This document shows positions 11,516-30,730 of a stretch of 64,000 nucleotides of DNA, piece by piece. The stretch is from the human T2T-CHM13v2.0 reference genome, Homo sapiens. Under the pieces are notes generated by a model, which was given only the letters and a program-made list of their open reading frames with translations, did not search any database and had not been told where the DNA came from. The stretch lies in the NCBI RefSeq assembly GCF_009914755.1, contig NC_060928.1; one strand, given 5' to 3'. The position numbers and the translations under genes were made by a program. How positions within the stretch are numbered: the first letter of the stretch is position 1; each line of letters begins with the position of its first letter.

Positions 11516-14332
11516 AAAACTGGTAACAGAACAGAATTTACTACAGCTGTTCCAAATATGCACAATCCCTATTTATTCAAGATGACATAGCTAATTAAAC
11601 ACAACAAAAGAACTCAACTTCATTTCTAATCCTCTAGCCTCTTGCTGTTAATGTTTCAGTCACAAATAAGATCTTATTCTTTTATTCAGTTCAGTAAATA
11701 TTTATTGTCCAAGATCTTTCACCTATTGTCAGGAATGATAGATCAGAAGTACGGCTTTCTACATGAATTTACATTTTACATGTTCCTCACACACTTCTTC
11801 AACATGCTCTTATGGTTGCTAAGCGTGTTGTGTCATTTCACAACTCCAACCCTTCGTATATATGCCTCCTCTGCCAAGATGCTTTCTTCTTAATCCTGCT
11901 TGCTTGTTAGGTAATATAAAATTATAAATTCTAATAGCAGCTAAGATAAATGCACTGACAATATGCCAACAATTATTATTCAATTCTCAAAACAATCCTA
12001 AGGTACATATTAATTCAATTTTTAGAAATTTTAAATAAAAACCTCAGAAAGGTAAAGTAATAACCAAAGTAAATGGTAGAACTACCATGGAAATCTAGGT
12101 TTATCTAACAGCAGAGCCTTGAATTTGAACCGTTTCCCCATGTTGACCTTTCTTAAAACTTCAGAGATATAATTCACATACCATTTAATTCACTAAAAAT
12201 ATACAGTTAAGAGATTTTTGGTATGCTCACAAAGTTGTATATTTATCACCACAATCATATTAACATTTAAACATAATTTTAGAATCATCTATAATCAACA
12301 GCAATAAAGATCTCTAACATATAAAATTATTTATATACTACCATAAAATCACAAAAATACATCTGCTCATAAATTTTTAAAAGCTGAATTATTTCATATA
12401 GCTACATAATTAGTATATAATAGAGAAATAAAATCAATTTCCAAATTCGCTGACTGATTCAAATCAATTCTAAGGAATTAACATAACATTGCTTCAGCTT
12501 AAGGCTACACAAAATCAAAGAAAAATCAAAGTTACAATGATCCAATTAAAAGGACACTAAGCAGTAGGTAGATTTTGAAATATTTTCATTGTCTTTACCA
12601 ATCATTGTCATTATTACTATAAAGTTTCAGTGTAAAAGACTAAAATCTTCAACAGAGATCTTTAACCTATCGTGTTTATGTTGTTAAATATAAGTATAAA
12701 TCTAAATTAGTAAAGCATGTTCCACAGTTAACAAAAATAATCTAGAATTTTAAACTTACCAATAGTTAAGATTGATCATGCAAAAACTAAGCATTTAATA
12801 TTACCTTTTTATACAATGCATTGGAAAACACAGAGGAAAATGCAATATGCATTTGACAAAACTGAGACTTTACATGACAGACAATGTGCTAGGGATATTT
12901 CTGGCATCTTTCTCAGGCTACAGCTTAAGTTTCTATTTAAGAAACAAATTGAAATCTTTTTTAATGTTTAAGAACAATTATTGGAACTTTTTATATCTAC
13001 ATCAATTTTAGCAGAAAGTGCTTCAAACTTTTTAGCATAAGGAATTTGAAAGATAGACAACCAATTATGCAAGCTGGTTTCCCAAATTGTCAATTATAAA
13101 CCAAATATTAAAAGAGATAAAAATTGTTCTTATTATCATTTTTTTCTTTATGAACTCACTATGAATACTTAATATTTGTGGGGCACCGTGCTTAAGAACA
13201 TACACAAATTATCATATTTAATTTATGACAACCCTTGAGATTAGTAGTACATATTATTATGCTAATTTTACAAATGAGAAAGAAGTAATTTTCCTAAAGT
13301 ACCACACAGAACAAATGAAAATACTGTTGCTGGATTTTTTTTTTCCCCTGAACAAGGGATACTCATTTCAAAGTTTCTTTTAATTTACTGGCAATAGGCA
13401 AATAGCAACAATGCCTTCCCGATCAATAAAGTTGAGAACTTCCATTTCAGTATTATATCAGTTTCAAATATCACAAACCCTCACACAAATGCTATTTTAC
13501 TTAACATGCAAATAGTTCACTAAAGGAAAAAAGAGCATTTCAGCCTACCACTTCAGTCCCTAAGGATCCAGTTGAAAAGCCAAACCAGTCCTTGAACTTT
13601 ATCAAGATAAATCCCTGGCATTCACTAATCATCAGAGAGGATCTTCAAATTAGATAAGAACAAGAATTTTGGCATGGGAATGAACACAAACACCTTTGCA
13701 TTCACAAAGGCCCACAACCTGGCAGCCTTTCAGCAAGGTTTTATTCATGTAGCTGTTACTCTAAACTTTCCAGCTATTCCTTGGAAGTTGATAATACTTA
13801 AGATATGAGGAGAGTTGTGATTTCTGACATAGCATTCCTGAGATAAATACATGATCAGAGGGATGCTTTGAAATTCCCAAAGATATTCCACTAGCCCAAG
13901 GCAGCATGAAAGTTTTTACAAAGGGGTCTCTAAATAAGAAAAAAAAAGAGGGTAAAAAACAGAGCAGTTTCCTTGCCATCAGAGACTGTTAAATGAATAC
14001 TAGACATGTTAAATTCTACAGAACATCCTGGAAAATGCTACCATCAAAATTATCTGTTGTTTTCTATTTCAATAAACCCCTTAAAATGTATTACACCTAA
14101 GCATGATTTCCTAAATATGTTCATGATCTACTCACTGAAGACATCAGTAAGGCACAAATTTAATTTCTACACTATTTTAAAAAGAAATAAATGCTAAAAT
14201 ACATAAAATTTTGATCATTAGTAAACAATGTAACTATATTAACATATATTAAATTTAAAAGTATAGCCTCACATATTTCTGGGTACTCAATCTAACACTA
14301 ACAAATCTAAATAAATTATAAAAATTGAGAAT

Positions 14333-14625
14333 AGACAGGGCACAGTGGCTCACGCCTGGAATCCCAATGCTTTGGGAGGACAATGCAGCAGGATCGCTTG
14401 AGGTCAGGAGTTCAGCACCAGCCTGGGCAACAGAGCAACACCTCATCTCTACAAAAAATTTTTTAAATAGCTGGACATGTTGGTCCCAGCTACTCAGGGG
14501 ACTGAGGAAGAACGATCCCTTGATCCCATGAGTTTGAGGCTGCAGTGAGCTATGACTGCCACTGCACTCCAGCCTGGGTGGCAGAGCAAGACACCGTCTC
14601 AAAAATAAAATAAATAAATAAAAAT
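14333..14625 (+). mobile_element. Alu (AluJ-like)
   Basis: gggcacagtggctcacgcc...ccgtctc plus (AAAT)n tail. Confidence 0.9.
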
Positions 14626-14628
14626 TGA

Positions 14629-14782
14629 AGCCAGGCGCAGTGGCTGATGCCTGTAATCTCAACACTTTGGATCACTTGAGGCCAGGAGTTTGAGACCAGC
14701 CTGGCCAACATGGTGAAACCTCATCTCTACTAAAAATACAAAGACTAGCTGGGCATGGTGGCACACATCAGTAATCACAGCT
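14629..14782 (+). mobile_element. 3'-truncated Alu (left arm with small internal deletion)
   Basis: gccaggcgcagtggctgatgcc...ctactaaaaataca. Confidence 0.85.
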
Positions 14783-14814
14783 TAAACCGGTAAGCACAGT
14801 GTTATAAACACAAA

Positions 14815-16612
14815 CTAGTTCTATTTTTAGTTGCCTCGGGAACCTCCAAACTGTTTCCCATAGTGGTTGTAGTAATTACACTCCCACCAACAGTATATGA
14901 AGGTTCCCTTATCTCCACATCCTTGCCAACATTTGTTACTGCTTATCTTTTGGATATAAGCGATTTTAACTGGAGTGAGATGATATCTCATTGTTTTGAT
15001 TTGCATTTTTCTGATCAATGATGTTGAGCATCTTGTCATAAAATCATTTGACATTTCTATGTCTTCTTTGAGAAATGTCTATTGAGATCTTTAGCCCATT
15101 TTAAGGTTATCATTTCGTTTAAAATGTAGTAATATTTTTAAATTATTATTAATACATTTCTTCCTATAGAGTTGGTTGAGTCCCTTATATATTCTGATTA
15201 TTAGAACCCTTGTCAGTTAACCAGAATTATAAGTTTATTATATAATCCCCAGTCTGTGGGTTGTCTCTTCAATTTGTTGATTGTTTTCTCTGCTATGCAT
15301 AAGTTCTGTAGCTTGATGTGATCTCATCTGTCCATGTTTGCTTTGACTGCCTGTGCTTTTGGGGTATTACTCGAGAAATCTCCCCAGATTAATGTCCTGG
15401 AGAGTTTTTCCAATGATTTTTTTTCAGTAGTTTCATAGTTTCAGGTCATAGATTTAAGTCTTTAATCCATTTTGAACTGATTTTTGTATATAGTAAGAGA
15501 TAAAGGTATTCATTCTTCTGCATATGGATATACACTTTACTCAGTACCACTGAGAAGACTGTCCTTTCCCCATTGCATGTTCTTGGCACCTTTGTCAAAA
15601 ATGAGTTCACTTGTAGACGTGTGGATTTATTTGAGTTCTCTATTCTATTCCATTGGTCTATGTATCTGTTTTTATGACAGTATCATGCTGTTTTGGTTAC
15701 CATAGCTCTGTAGTATAATTTGAAGTTTTGTTCTCTTTGCTCAGGATAGCTTTGGCTATTCTGAGTCTCTGTGGTTCCATATAGTTTCTAGGAATATTTT
15801 TTCTATTTCTGTGAAGAATGTCACTGGTATTTTGATATGGATTGCACTGAATCTGTAGATTGCTTTGGGTAGCATGAACATTTTAACACTATTAATTCTT
15901 CCAATCCATGAATATGAAATATCTTTCATTTTGGGGGTCCTTTTTAGTTTTTGCATCAATGTTTTATAGTTGTCACTGAGGGATCTTTCACTTCTTTGGC
16001 TGTTTATTCCTAGGTATTTTACTTATAGCTATTGTAAATTGGATTACTTTCTTGATCTCTTTTTCAGATTGTTCACTGTTAGCATATAGAAATGATACTA
16101 ATTTTTGTATGCTAATTTTTGTCATGCAACTGTACTGAATTTATCAGTTATAATAGTTTTTTATGGACTCTTTAGGTTTTTCTAAATACTCTAAATACAA
16201 GATCATATCATCTGCAAACAACTGACATCTTCCTTTCCAATTTAAATGCCATTTCTTTCTCTTGTCTGATTGCTTTACCTAGGACCTCCAGTACTGTGTT
16301 GAGTAACAGTAATGAAAGTGGGCATCGTTGTCTCATTCCAGATTTTAGAGAAAAGGCTTTCAGTTTTTCTCTGTTCCATATGATACTAGCTGTGGATCTG
16401 TTCTTTATGGCTTTTTATTGTGTTATGTTCCCTCTATATGCAGTTTTTTAAGGGTTTTTATCATGAAGGAATAGTGAATTTTATCAAATGCTTTTCAGCA
16501 GCAATTGAAATGATCATATGGCTTTTGTCTTCCATCCTGTTGATATGATGTATCACACTGATAGTTTGTGTATGCTCAGACATTCTTGCATCCCCAGAAT
16601 AAATCCCACTCA
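14815..16612 (-). mobile_element. Old L1 (L1MA/L1PB-type) ORF2 fragment
   Basis: ORFs 14827..15054 and 15756..15959 give degenerate ORF2 peptides (SWIGRIN...LPKAIYRF; [13 protein letters not shown]). Confidence 0.85.
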
Positions 16613-16631
16613 TTATGCATCAATTTTTAAA

Positions 16632-16912
16632 AAGTTTCTTTGAGACAAGTTCTCCCTCTGTCACCCAGGCTGGAGTGCAGTGGCATGAACACAGCTCACT
16701 GTAGTGTCAAACTCCTGGGCTCCAGTGATCCTCCCGCCTCAGCCTCCTGAGTAGCTGAGACTACAGGCACACATCACCATGCCCAGCTAATCTTTTTGTT
16801 TTAAAATCTCACCGTGTTGCCCAGGCTAGTCTCAAATTCCTGGACTCAAGCAATCCTCCCACCTCAGCCCACAAAATGCTGGAATTGCAGGTGTGAGTCA
16901 CTGCACCCAGAC
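16632..16912 (-). mobile_element. Alu (AluJ-like)
   Basis: Reverse Alu. Confidence 0.85.
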
Positions 16913-17189
16913 AAAAAAAAAAAATTCATAAAATGAAAAATCTCAGAAGACACAAAAATAAGTTAAAATATATCAAAACTTACAAACACAAACACTTAGA
17001 AATAGTACATGGTACCATCTACAGTTAAAAGAAATGTAAACAATGTAAATTTCAATTATTAAAGCATAACTGTATAAAATTAACATTAATGCATACTGTA
17101 CTACTGTAATAATTTCATAGCTACTTCCTGCCACAATTGCATTGAGCATTGGTATTGTTAGCATCACTTAAAATGCTGTGTGACACTAG

Positions 17190-17489
<300 letters not shown>

Positions 17490-19443
17490 AGTTTGTCTCT
17501 CCAGTAAACTGTGTATCACGGTAAAAGTGCTCTCTCCCAGTTCTCATATATTTTTCATCATGTTTACTGCAATATTATAAACCTTTGATAACATAATGGG
17601 ACCCATACAAAGTGCCACTAGCAATACTGGACATGCTCCCAAGCAGCAGGGAAAAGTCATGACATTATAAGAAAAAGTTGAATTGCTTGATATGTACTGT
17701 AGATTGAGGTCTGTAGCTATGGTTGCCTGCCATTTCCAAAGAAATTAATCCCGCATAAGAACTATTGTAAAGAAAAGGAAGTTGGCAAAGTTGTCACTGC
17801 AGTGACACCAGGAGGCAAAAAAACAAACAAACAAAAAAACAAAACAAAAAAAACTTGCACTTTTTGTGAAATATCTTTATCTTGCACTGAAAATGCAGCT
17901 TTTATGTGGGTACAGGATTGTTATAAGAAAGGCATACCTATAGACTCTAACATGATTTGAGAAAAACTGAAGTCATTATATGTCAAATTTAAGTAAAAAA
18001 GAATCTAAGGCTATATTTAATGCCAGCAAAGGATGATCAAGATAACAGGAGAAGCAGCTTCTGCCAACCAAGAGGCAACAGATGAGTTCCTAGACATCAA
18101 GAAAATCATTTAGAAGAAAGGACCAGCCCAGTCAGGTTTTTAATGCAGACAAACGTAACCTATTTGGGATGGGGGGGAAGCCACAAAGGATATTTATTAG
18201 CAAGGAAGAGAAGTGAGCACTAGGATTTATGGCAGGAAGAGATAGGCTAACTCTACTGTTTTGTGCAAATGCAGTTGGGTTTATGATCATGACTGCCCTT
18301 ATCTATTAATATAAAGCTGCTAACCCCTGAGCCTTGAAAGGAAAACACAAACACCAGCTGCAAGTCTGTTGGTTGTACAAGAAGGCCTGGACAAAAAGAA
18401 TCCTTTTTCTGGATTGGTTCTATTGATACTTTGTCCCTAAAGTCAGGAAGTACCTTATCAGTAAGAGATTAACTTTTAAAGTTCTTTTACAATTGGACAA
18501 TGCTCCTGACCACCCAGAGCTTCATGAGTTCAACACTGAGGGTGTTGAAGTGGTCTAACTGCCCTCAAACGCAACTTCTCTAATTCAGCCTCTAGAACAG
18601 GAGGTCACAAGGACCTTTATGGTTCATTACACATGGCATTCTTAGGAAACAACTGTCAACACTATGGAAGAGAACCCAACAGAACATCGTGAAAGTCTAG
18701 AAGGATTATACCACTGAGGATCACTGTTACAGAAAAAGCTGTGGAAACCATCAAGTTTGAAACAATAAATTCCTCCTAGAGAAGACTGTGTTTCTAGGTG
18801 TTGTGCATGACTCCACAGGATTTCTGACAGAACTAATCAAGGAAATCATGAGAGACTATAGATATGACAAAAAGGTGAGGGGTGAAGGGTTTCAAGATAT
18901 GAATCTCAGAGAAATTCAAGAACTAACAGATACCACAAGAACAGAAGGATCAACAGAGGGAAAACAATTTGACGGAGACAAGAACATCCAAACCACTATT
19001 AGATGAGGAAGACATAGAAGAAGCAGTACCAGAAAATGAACTGACATTAGACAATCTGGCAGAAGGGTTCTAATGATTCAAGACTGCTTTTAACTTCTTT
19101 TATGACATTCACCCTTCTATGATACAGGCACTGAAACTAAAGCAAATGGTGAAAGAAGGGTTTGTACCACATAGAAACATTTTTAGACAAATAAAAAAGC
19201 AAAAAGGTCAGAAAGAAATTCCAGTGCATTTCTGTAAATTTACACCAAGTGTGTCTGCCTCTCCTGCTTCCCCTTTCACTTTCTCCAACTCTGCTACCTC
19301 AACTGCCCCTGAGATACTAAAATCAACCTCTTCTCTTCCTCCTCCTCAGCATACTCAACATGAAGACAAGAAAGATGAAGATCTTTATGATGATTCGCTT
19401 CACCTGATGAACAGTAATATATTTTTTTCTTCCTTATGATTTC

Positions 19444-19750
19444 TTTTTTTTTCTTTTTTTTTTTTTAGACAGAGTTTCGCTCTTCTTGCCCAGGCTGGAG
19501 TGCAATGGTGCGATCTCAGCTCATTGCAACCACTGCCCCTCCTGGGTTCAAGCGATTCTCCTGCCTCAGCCTCTGGAGTAGCCTGGATTACAGGCACACC
19601 CCACCATGCCCAGCTAATTTTTGTATTTTTAGTAGAGACTGGGTTTCACCATGTTGGTCAGGCTGGTCTCGAACTCCTGACCTCAGGTGATCCACACACT
19701 TCAACCTCCCAAAATGCTGGGATTACAGATGTGAGCCACTGCACCTGGCC
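19444..19750 (-). mobile_element. AluS-type inside Tigger2
   Basis: Reverse Alu with TSD ttccttatgattt. Confidence 0.92.
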
Positions 19751-20028
19751 TTCCTTATGATTTTCTTAATAACATGTTCTTTTTTTCTAGCTTACCTTAC
19801 TGTAAGATTACAGTATATAATACATATAACAATCAAAATATGTGTGAATCAACTGTTTATGTTATCAGTAAAGTTTCTGATCAACATAAGCTATTGGTAG
19901 TTAAGTTCTGAGGGAGTGAAAAGTTATATGTGGATTTTCGGCTACACAGGGCGTCATCATCCCTAACCCCCATGTTGTTCAAGGGTCAGATGTAGAAACA
20001 TACCAAAACGAAAAACTATTATCAGTAC

Positions 20029-20470
20029 CTGTCAAAAGATCTGAACTGCACGGGTTGTTCCACAGATAGATCACCAAGGGCTCCAAGGCAGGCTGGTGGC
20101 AGAAGGGCAGGATCCACTGTGACTCCATCTGCTGGTATGTTAACCAAGCTTCGGAGAATGTCTTTCACATTGACGTTTTTTGAAACTGAAACTGACGGTG
20201 TAGCCTTAGTGTCCAAGTCATTTCCTCTATCATTTTTGGTTTCCGGAGACTTATTGACTTCTAAAGAAAGAGTAGATAGCACCTCGCTGATTGCATCTGG
20301 GCCTGCACTGACACCAGGAGGTGCTGTGTGAGGAGTTACTTCCACATGGCTTCCTAAACCAGTGGCTGTTTCTTCCCCAATGCCTGAGTCCCTCCTTCGA
20401 GCAGATGATGTGCTTTCAGATTCTTCCACTGATGCCGTAGTTAAAGTGCTGAATGCTGCTGGTGTGATTT
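20029..20470 (-). CDS. LRBA: LRBA exon (442 nt, EITPAAFST...QFRSFDR)
   Basis: Acceptor atatag|AA, donor CAG|gtactg; overlaps ORF 20022..20504. Confidence 0.95.
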
Positions 20471-20767
20471 CTATATCATACCCAGAAACACAAGAAATAA
20501 ACAAACAAAAGTTTAGAACTAATTTTTAAAAGGTATATTCTGTTTTAATAGCTATCTACTGTTTTGAATTATGAAATACATCATGTTCTAAAAAAGCAAA
20601 AACTAATTACGTATTCTACAGAATGTACTGAGTGGGTGCACCTATTATCAAGACAGATGGTATAATAAAATAAATAATAAAATACTTGCAAAAATGATCT
20701 AAAGTAATGGGTAGCAACACAAGGTTGAAAGTCATTGGCCTGTAAGAAAAAGTCTATAATCTTTTTT

Positions 20768-20769
<2 letters not shown>

Positions 20770-20808
<39 letters not shown>

Positions 20809-21078
20809 AGTCTGTTGCCCAGGCTGAAGTGCAGTGGTGTGACCTAGGCTCACTGCAGCCTTGACCTCCTGGGCTCAGGCGATCCTCCCACCTAAGCCTC
20901 TCAAGTAGCTGAGACTACAGGTATGTGCTACCACGTCTGGCTAATTTTTCTATTTTTTTGTAGAGATGAGGTTTCACCATGTTGCCCAGGCTGGTCTCAA
21001 ACTCCTGAGCTCAAGCAATCTACCTGCCTCGGCCTCCCAAAGTGCTAGGATTATAGGCATGCACCACCATGCCTGGCC
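20770..21078 (-). mobile_element. AluJ-like with (CA)18 replacing the A tail
   Basis: (TG)18 at 20771-20806 abutting reverse Alu. Confidence 0.88.
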
Positions 21079-21199
21079 CAAGTCCGCAATCTTTAGGATA
21101 AAATAAAAAGCTCTACCTCAAACATGGTTACTGCAGCTGGAAAACTTGTTACCCCTTCTACGTGCATAAATAATTCAATGATCCTTAAAATCCAGTTCA

Positions 21200-21955
21200 A
21201 CAAGGAACACCTCCTTTTCTCTCTTTTAATTCTCACTCCCTTTAATCAGGGTTTCAACCCATTCTAGCAAAAATAGTCTTATCAAGGTCACCAAAAAATC
21301 TGCATCTTGCTAACTCCAATGGTCAGTGTTCAGTCCTAATAGGACTTCACATAACAGCAACAGCTGATTATTCCCTCCAACTAGACAATGCTTCCTTTCC
21401 TCGGCTTTCAGGACACCATTCTCTTTTTGTTTTCCTTGTACTACTTCACTGACTGTTCCTTCTTAACATCCTTCACCTCTTTTTCTCCCTGATTTCTTAA
21501 GTTGGAGGGACACAAGGTTCAGTCCTTGTTCCTCTTATGTTCTCTGTCTGCATTTAGTCCCTTCGTGGTATCATTCATTCTCCAAGTTTTAAATACCACT
21601 ATATTTCCCCACCAAAAAACTCAAACTATTAAATATAACTGCTACCCTACAACTTATCTTACATGTCTAAAAAAACCTCTCAAACTCAACATGCTGAAAA
21701 CTGAATTTCTTCTCTTTTTATCTTTCCCTGAAAATCTCTTTCACCTTTAATCTACTCCACTGTACCTTGTAATCATTTTTGACTACCTTTTTCATTCACA
21801 AAATGCACACCTAATGTTTTAAAATTCTGTTTTTTCTACCACTAAAACATATTCAGAATCTGACTGCCTCTCACCATCTCTAGTTACCAACCTAATCCAA
21901 CCCACCATAACCTCTTGCCTGGATTACTGATTACTGCAATATCCTCCTTCCTAAC
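21200..21955 (-). mobile_element. L2 fragment
   Basis: cttatcaaggtcacc...ccaatggtcag...ctcaaactcaacatg...cttgcctggattactg typical of L2; edges approximate. Confidence 0.65.
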
Positions 21956-21957
21956 TG

Positions 21958-22907
<950 letters not shown>

Positions 22908-23659
22908 CAGAGGTACTTTTTAAAACATAAATTGTAACTCCTGTACTCAAGACCCTCCAATGAGTTCTCATTTCCCTCAAAGAGAAATCCATACCCAATT
23001 ACTCCTGGTCATTCCTGATATTTTTACCATCTTTATTACTTTCTTTTTTTTTTTTTTTAGCACTTTCACCACCTTCTAAAATACTACACAATCTACTTAT
23101 AGCATGTAGATATTTTCTATCTCCTCCCATTAGAATATAAGCTCCATAAGGAAACAGATTTTTTGTTTTGTTTTAGTCATGAATATATACCCAAGTATCC
23201 AGTAGATATTGAATGAATATCGAGTGAATAATAAATTGCCTCCTTTGGGTGGTAGCTACTTCTATAATTGCAACAGCTACTTAACTAACTATACTTTTAT
23301 AACTGGAAGCTACTTTTAATACTCCAATTATTGCAGTTACTTGTTAACAAGTCTGTCTCTTAGAATATGAGTTAGTGATTCTTCACAGCAAATGAAGTCA
23401 ATAAAATTTTTCAACTCTTTTTGTATAACATTTTCTGACTTACATTTAATTAGTTCATTTAAAGAACAAAAAATATCCCAATTGCAATTAATTACATTAT
23501 ATTTAAGCCACAACTTTTAGTTAATAATAAAAATATATGTATGCTCTCCCTTAATTTGCACAGAAATGGATTTAAATTCCAATATCAATATTTTAACCAT
23601 CAAAAGTAAGTAACATTTATTTGAACTTTGGTACAAAGGAATAGAAAATGCAAACTTAC

Positions 23660-23819
23660 CAGAGAGTGATACATTCTCATTTTCACTGCCAGTTTCTGTA
23701 CATGACTGGCTATGCCTTTCATTTTGGGGTTCCAAAATGTCTCTGTACTTGGAGACCATAAGAACAGAGATAAAGTATACTACTGCCAAGGCTAAAAATT
23801 GAGCTTGTTTGCTATCCTC
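23660..23819 (-). CDS. LRBA: LRBA exon (160 nt, [31 protein letters not shown]...SLS)
   Basis: Acceptor tcccag|GAG, donor CTG|gtaagt; overlaps ORF 23517..23870. Confidence 0.96.
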
Positions 23820-24157
23820 CTGGGAAAAAAAATTAAAGGAGTTGATTATGTAACCATAAAATAACATCATTATATTTTACATCACAATGTTTAAATACAA
23901 AACATGTTCACAAATCTTTCAATATACACAGAAAATACATTACCTACGTAAATAATAAATTTATTAATAAACTTACTTGAGCAAACATTAGGCAAAGACT
24001 CTTAGAAAAATGTCTTTAAATGAGAAGCTTTATACTTGCAAAACATGGAAAGAGAGAAGTTAGCTCATTTTTTTAAATTATTCAATCTAAAGACGTATGT
24101 CCTAATATACATTATAATGTTAATCAAACAAACAGTAATTATAATTATATGAAAACA

Positions 24158-24475
<318 letters not shown>

Positions 24476-24620
24476 TGATATGAGGATAACTGGTTATTTT
24501 TATCTGTAATCATAAAAACTAAAATACATAAAATATCACAATAAAAGTGCCAAAAAATAAACATGCAGAAGAAAAAAACTGAAGCTATTAGATACAGAAT
24601 AGGATGCCAAAGGAATTCCT

Positions 24621-24918
<298 letters not shown>

Positions 24919-26442
24919 ACAAAGGAATTCTTGAGAGTATTTAAAATAGTACAAACAATTATATATCAAGATTTAAAAAAAAAGGATCTATGAGAAAGAA
25001 GACAAACTAGACTGACCTCTTGAAGGGCCTAGGCTCCATTCTAGCTCTACAGGTCACCTATATATCACTGACCTCTTTATCTTGTCAAATTCCCCATCTT
25101 CAAGGAGAACCTACACACACCACTATTCTACTAACTTTCCCAAATATGTTTGAACTTGTTAATTTAAAGAAAAAACTCAAATTTATCTATCAAATTCTGA
25201 AAACCAAAGGCTCAAGCAGAAGGTAAATTTAAAATAAGAACATGAAGAACACTGTTCCCTATCAGATAAATCCAGGCATACCATGGAGATACCACAGGTT
25301 TAGTTCCGGACCACTGCAATAAAGTGGCTATCACAATAAAGTGAGTCACACAAATATTTTAGTTTCCGAGTGTATATAAAAGTTACGTTTACACTATACT
25401 GTAATCTATTAATTGTACAACAGCATTGTATCTAAAAAAAATGCACATAATTTAAAAATATTTTATAGCTTAAAAATGCTAACAATTATCTGAACTTTCA
25501 GTGAGTCACAATCTTTTTGCTAGTGGAAGGTTGCATCTCCACATTCATGGATGTCGACTGATGGGTGAGGGTGGTAACTGTAGCAATCTCTTAAAATAAG
25601 ACAAGAAACTTTGCCACATTAACTGAATCTTTCTTTCACAAAAGATTTTTCTGTAGCAAGCAACGCTGTTTCATAGCATTTTACTCACAGGATTGGAGTC
25701 ATTCCTCTGAAACCCTACAAAGGTTTTATCAAATACATTTAGGTAATATTCTAAATCCTTTGTTATCATTTCAACAATGTTCACAGTATCTTCATCATGA
25801 ATGGATTCCATTGTAGGAAACCAATTTCTTTGATTATCCATAGGAAGCAACTCTTCATTCGTTGGAGTATTATCATGACATTGTAGGAATTCAATCACAT
25901 GTTTAGGCTCTGCTTCTCATTCTGATTCTCTTGCTATTTCCACCACATCAGCAGTGACTTCCTCCATGGAAATCATGAACTCCTAAAAGTCATCCATGAG
26001 AATTGTAATCAATTTCTTCCAAACTCCTATTAACATTGATATGTTGATTTCTTCCCATGAATCACATGGGTACTTCATGGTATCTACAATAGTGAATCAA
26101 TTCCAGAAGATTTTCCATTTACTTTGCCCAGATCCATCAAAGGAATTACTATCTATAGCAGCTACAGCCTGATAAAATGTATGTCTTAAATAATAAGAAG
26201 TATTTCTTAAATAGTAAGTCAAAATGACTCTTAATCCATGAACTGCAGAATGAATATTTCACTAAAAAGCATGAAAATAACATGAATCTCCTTGTATATC
26301 TGATCAGAGCTGTTGGGTGACCAGGTTGATTATCAATGAGCAGTAATAATTTGAAAAGACTCTTTTCTTCTGAACAGCAGGTCTCACTAGTGGCCTTAAA
26401 ACATTCAGTAAGCCATGTCGTAAGCAGATGCGCTCTTATCTA

Positions 26443-29675
<3,233 letters not shown>

Positions 29676-29738
29676 TATGATGTTAGCTGGTTATTTTGCT
29701 CATTAGTTGATGCAGTTTCTTCCTAGCATCGATGGTCT

Positions 29739-30730
29739 TTACAATTTGGCATGTTTTTGCAGTGGCTGGTACTGGTTGTTCCTTTCCATGTTTAGTGCTT
29801 CCTTCAGGAGCTCTTGTAGGGCAGGCCTGGTGGTGACAAATCTCTCAGCATTTACTTGTCTGTAAAGGATTTTATTTCTCCTTCACTTATGAAGCTTAGT
29901 TTGGCTGGATATGAAATTCTGGGTTGAAAATTCGTTTCTTTAAGAATGTTGAATATTGGCCCCCACTCTCTTCTGGCTTGTAGAGTTTCTGCCAAGAGAT
30001 CCGCTCTTAGTCTGATGAGCTTCCCTTTGTGGGTAACCCGATCTTTCTCTCTGGCTGCCCTTAACATTTTTTCCTTCATTTCAACTTTGGTGAATTTCAC
30101 AATTATGTGTCTTGGAGTTGCTCTTCTCGAGGAGTATGTTTGTGGTGTTCTCTGTATTTCCTTAATTTGAATGTTGGCCTGCCTTGCTAGGTTGGGCAAG
30201 TCCTCCTGGATAATATACTGCAGAGTGTTTTCCAGCTTGGTACCACTCTCCCCATCACTTTCAGGTACACCAATCAGACGTAGATTTGGTCTTTTCACAT
30301 AGTCCCATATTTCTTGGAGGCTTCGTTCATTTCTCTTTACTCTTTTTTCTCTAAACTTCTCTTCTCACTTCATTTCATTCATTTGATCTTCAATCACTGA
30401 CACCCTTTCTTCCAGTTGATCAAATTGGCTACTGAAGCTTGTGCATTTGTCACGTAGTACTTGTGCCATGGTTTTCAGCTCCATCAGGTCCTTTAAGGAC
30501 TTCTCTACACTGGTTATTCTAGTTTGCCATTCGTCTAATCTTTTTTCAAGGTTTTCATAGCTTCTTTTGGATGGGTTCAAACTTCCTCCTTTAGCTCAGA
30601 GAAGTCTGACCATCTGAAGCTTTCTTCTCTCAACTCGTCAAAGTCATTCTCTGTACAGCTTTGTTCCATTGCTGGCAAGGAGTGGCGTTCCTTTGGAGGG
30701 GGAGAGGTGCTCTGATTTTTTGAATTTTCA
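29739..30730 (-). pseudogene. Disrupted L1 ORF1 lacking its start
   Basis: KRPNLRLIGVPE and ARREWGPIFNILKE peptides; 63-bp spacer before ORF2. Confidence 0.92.
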
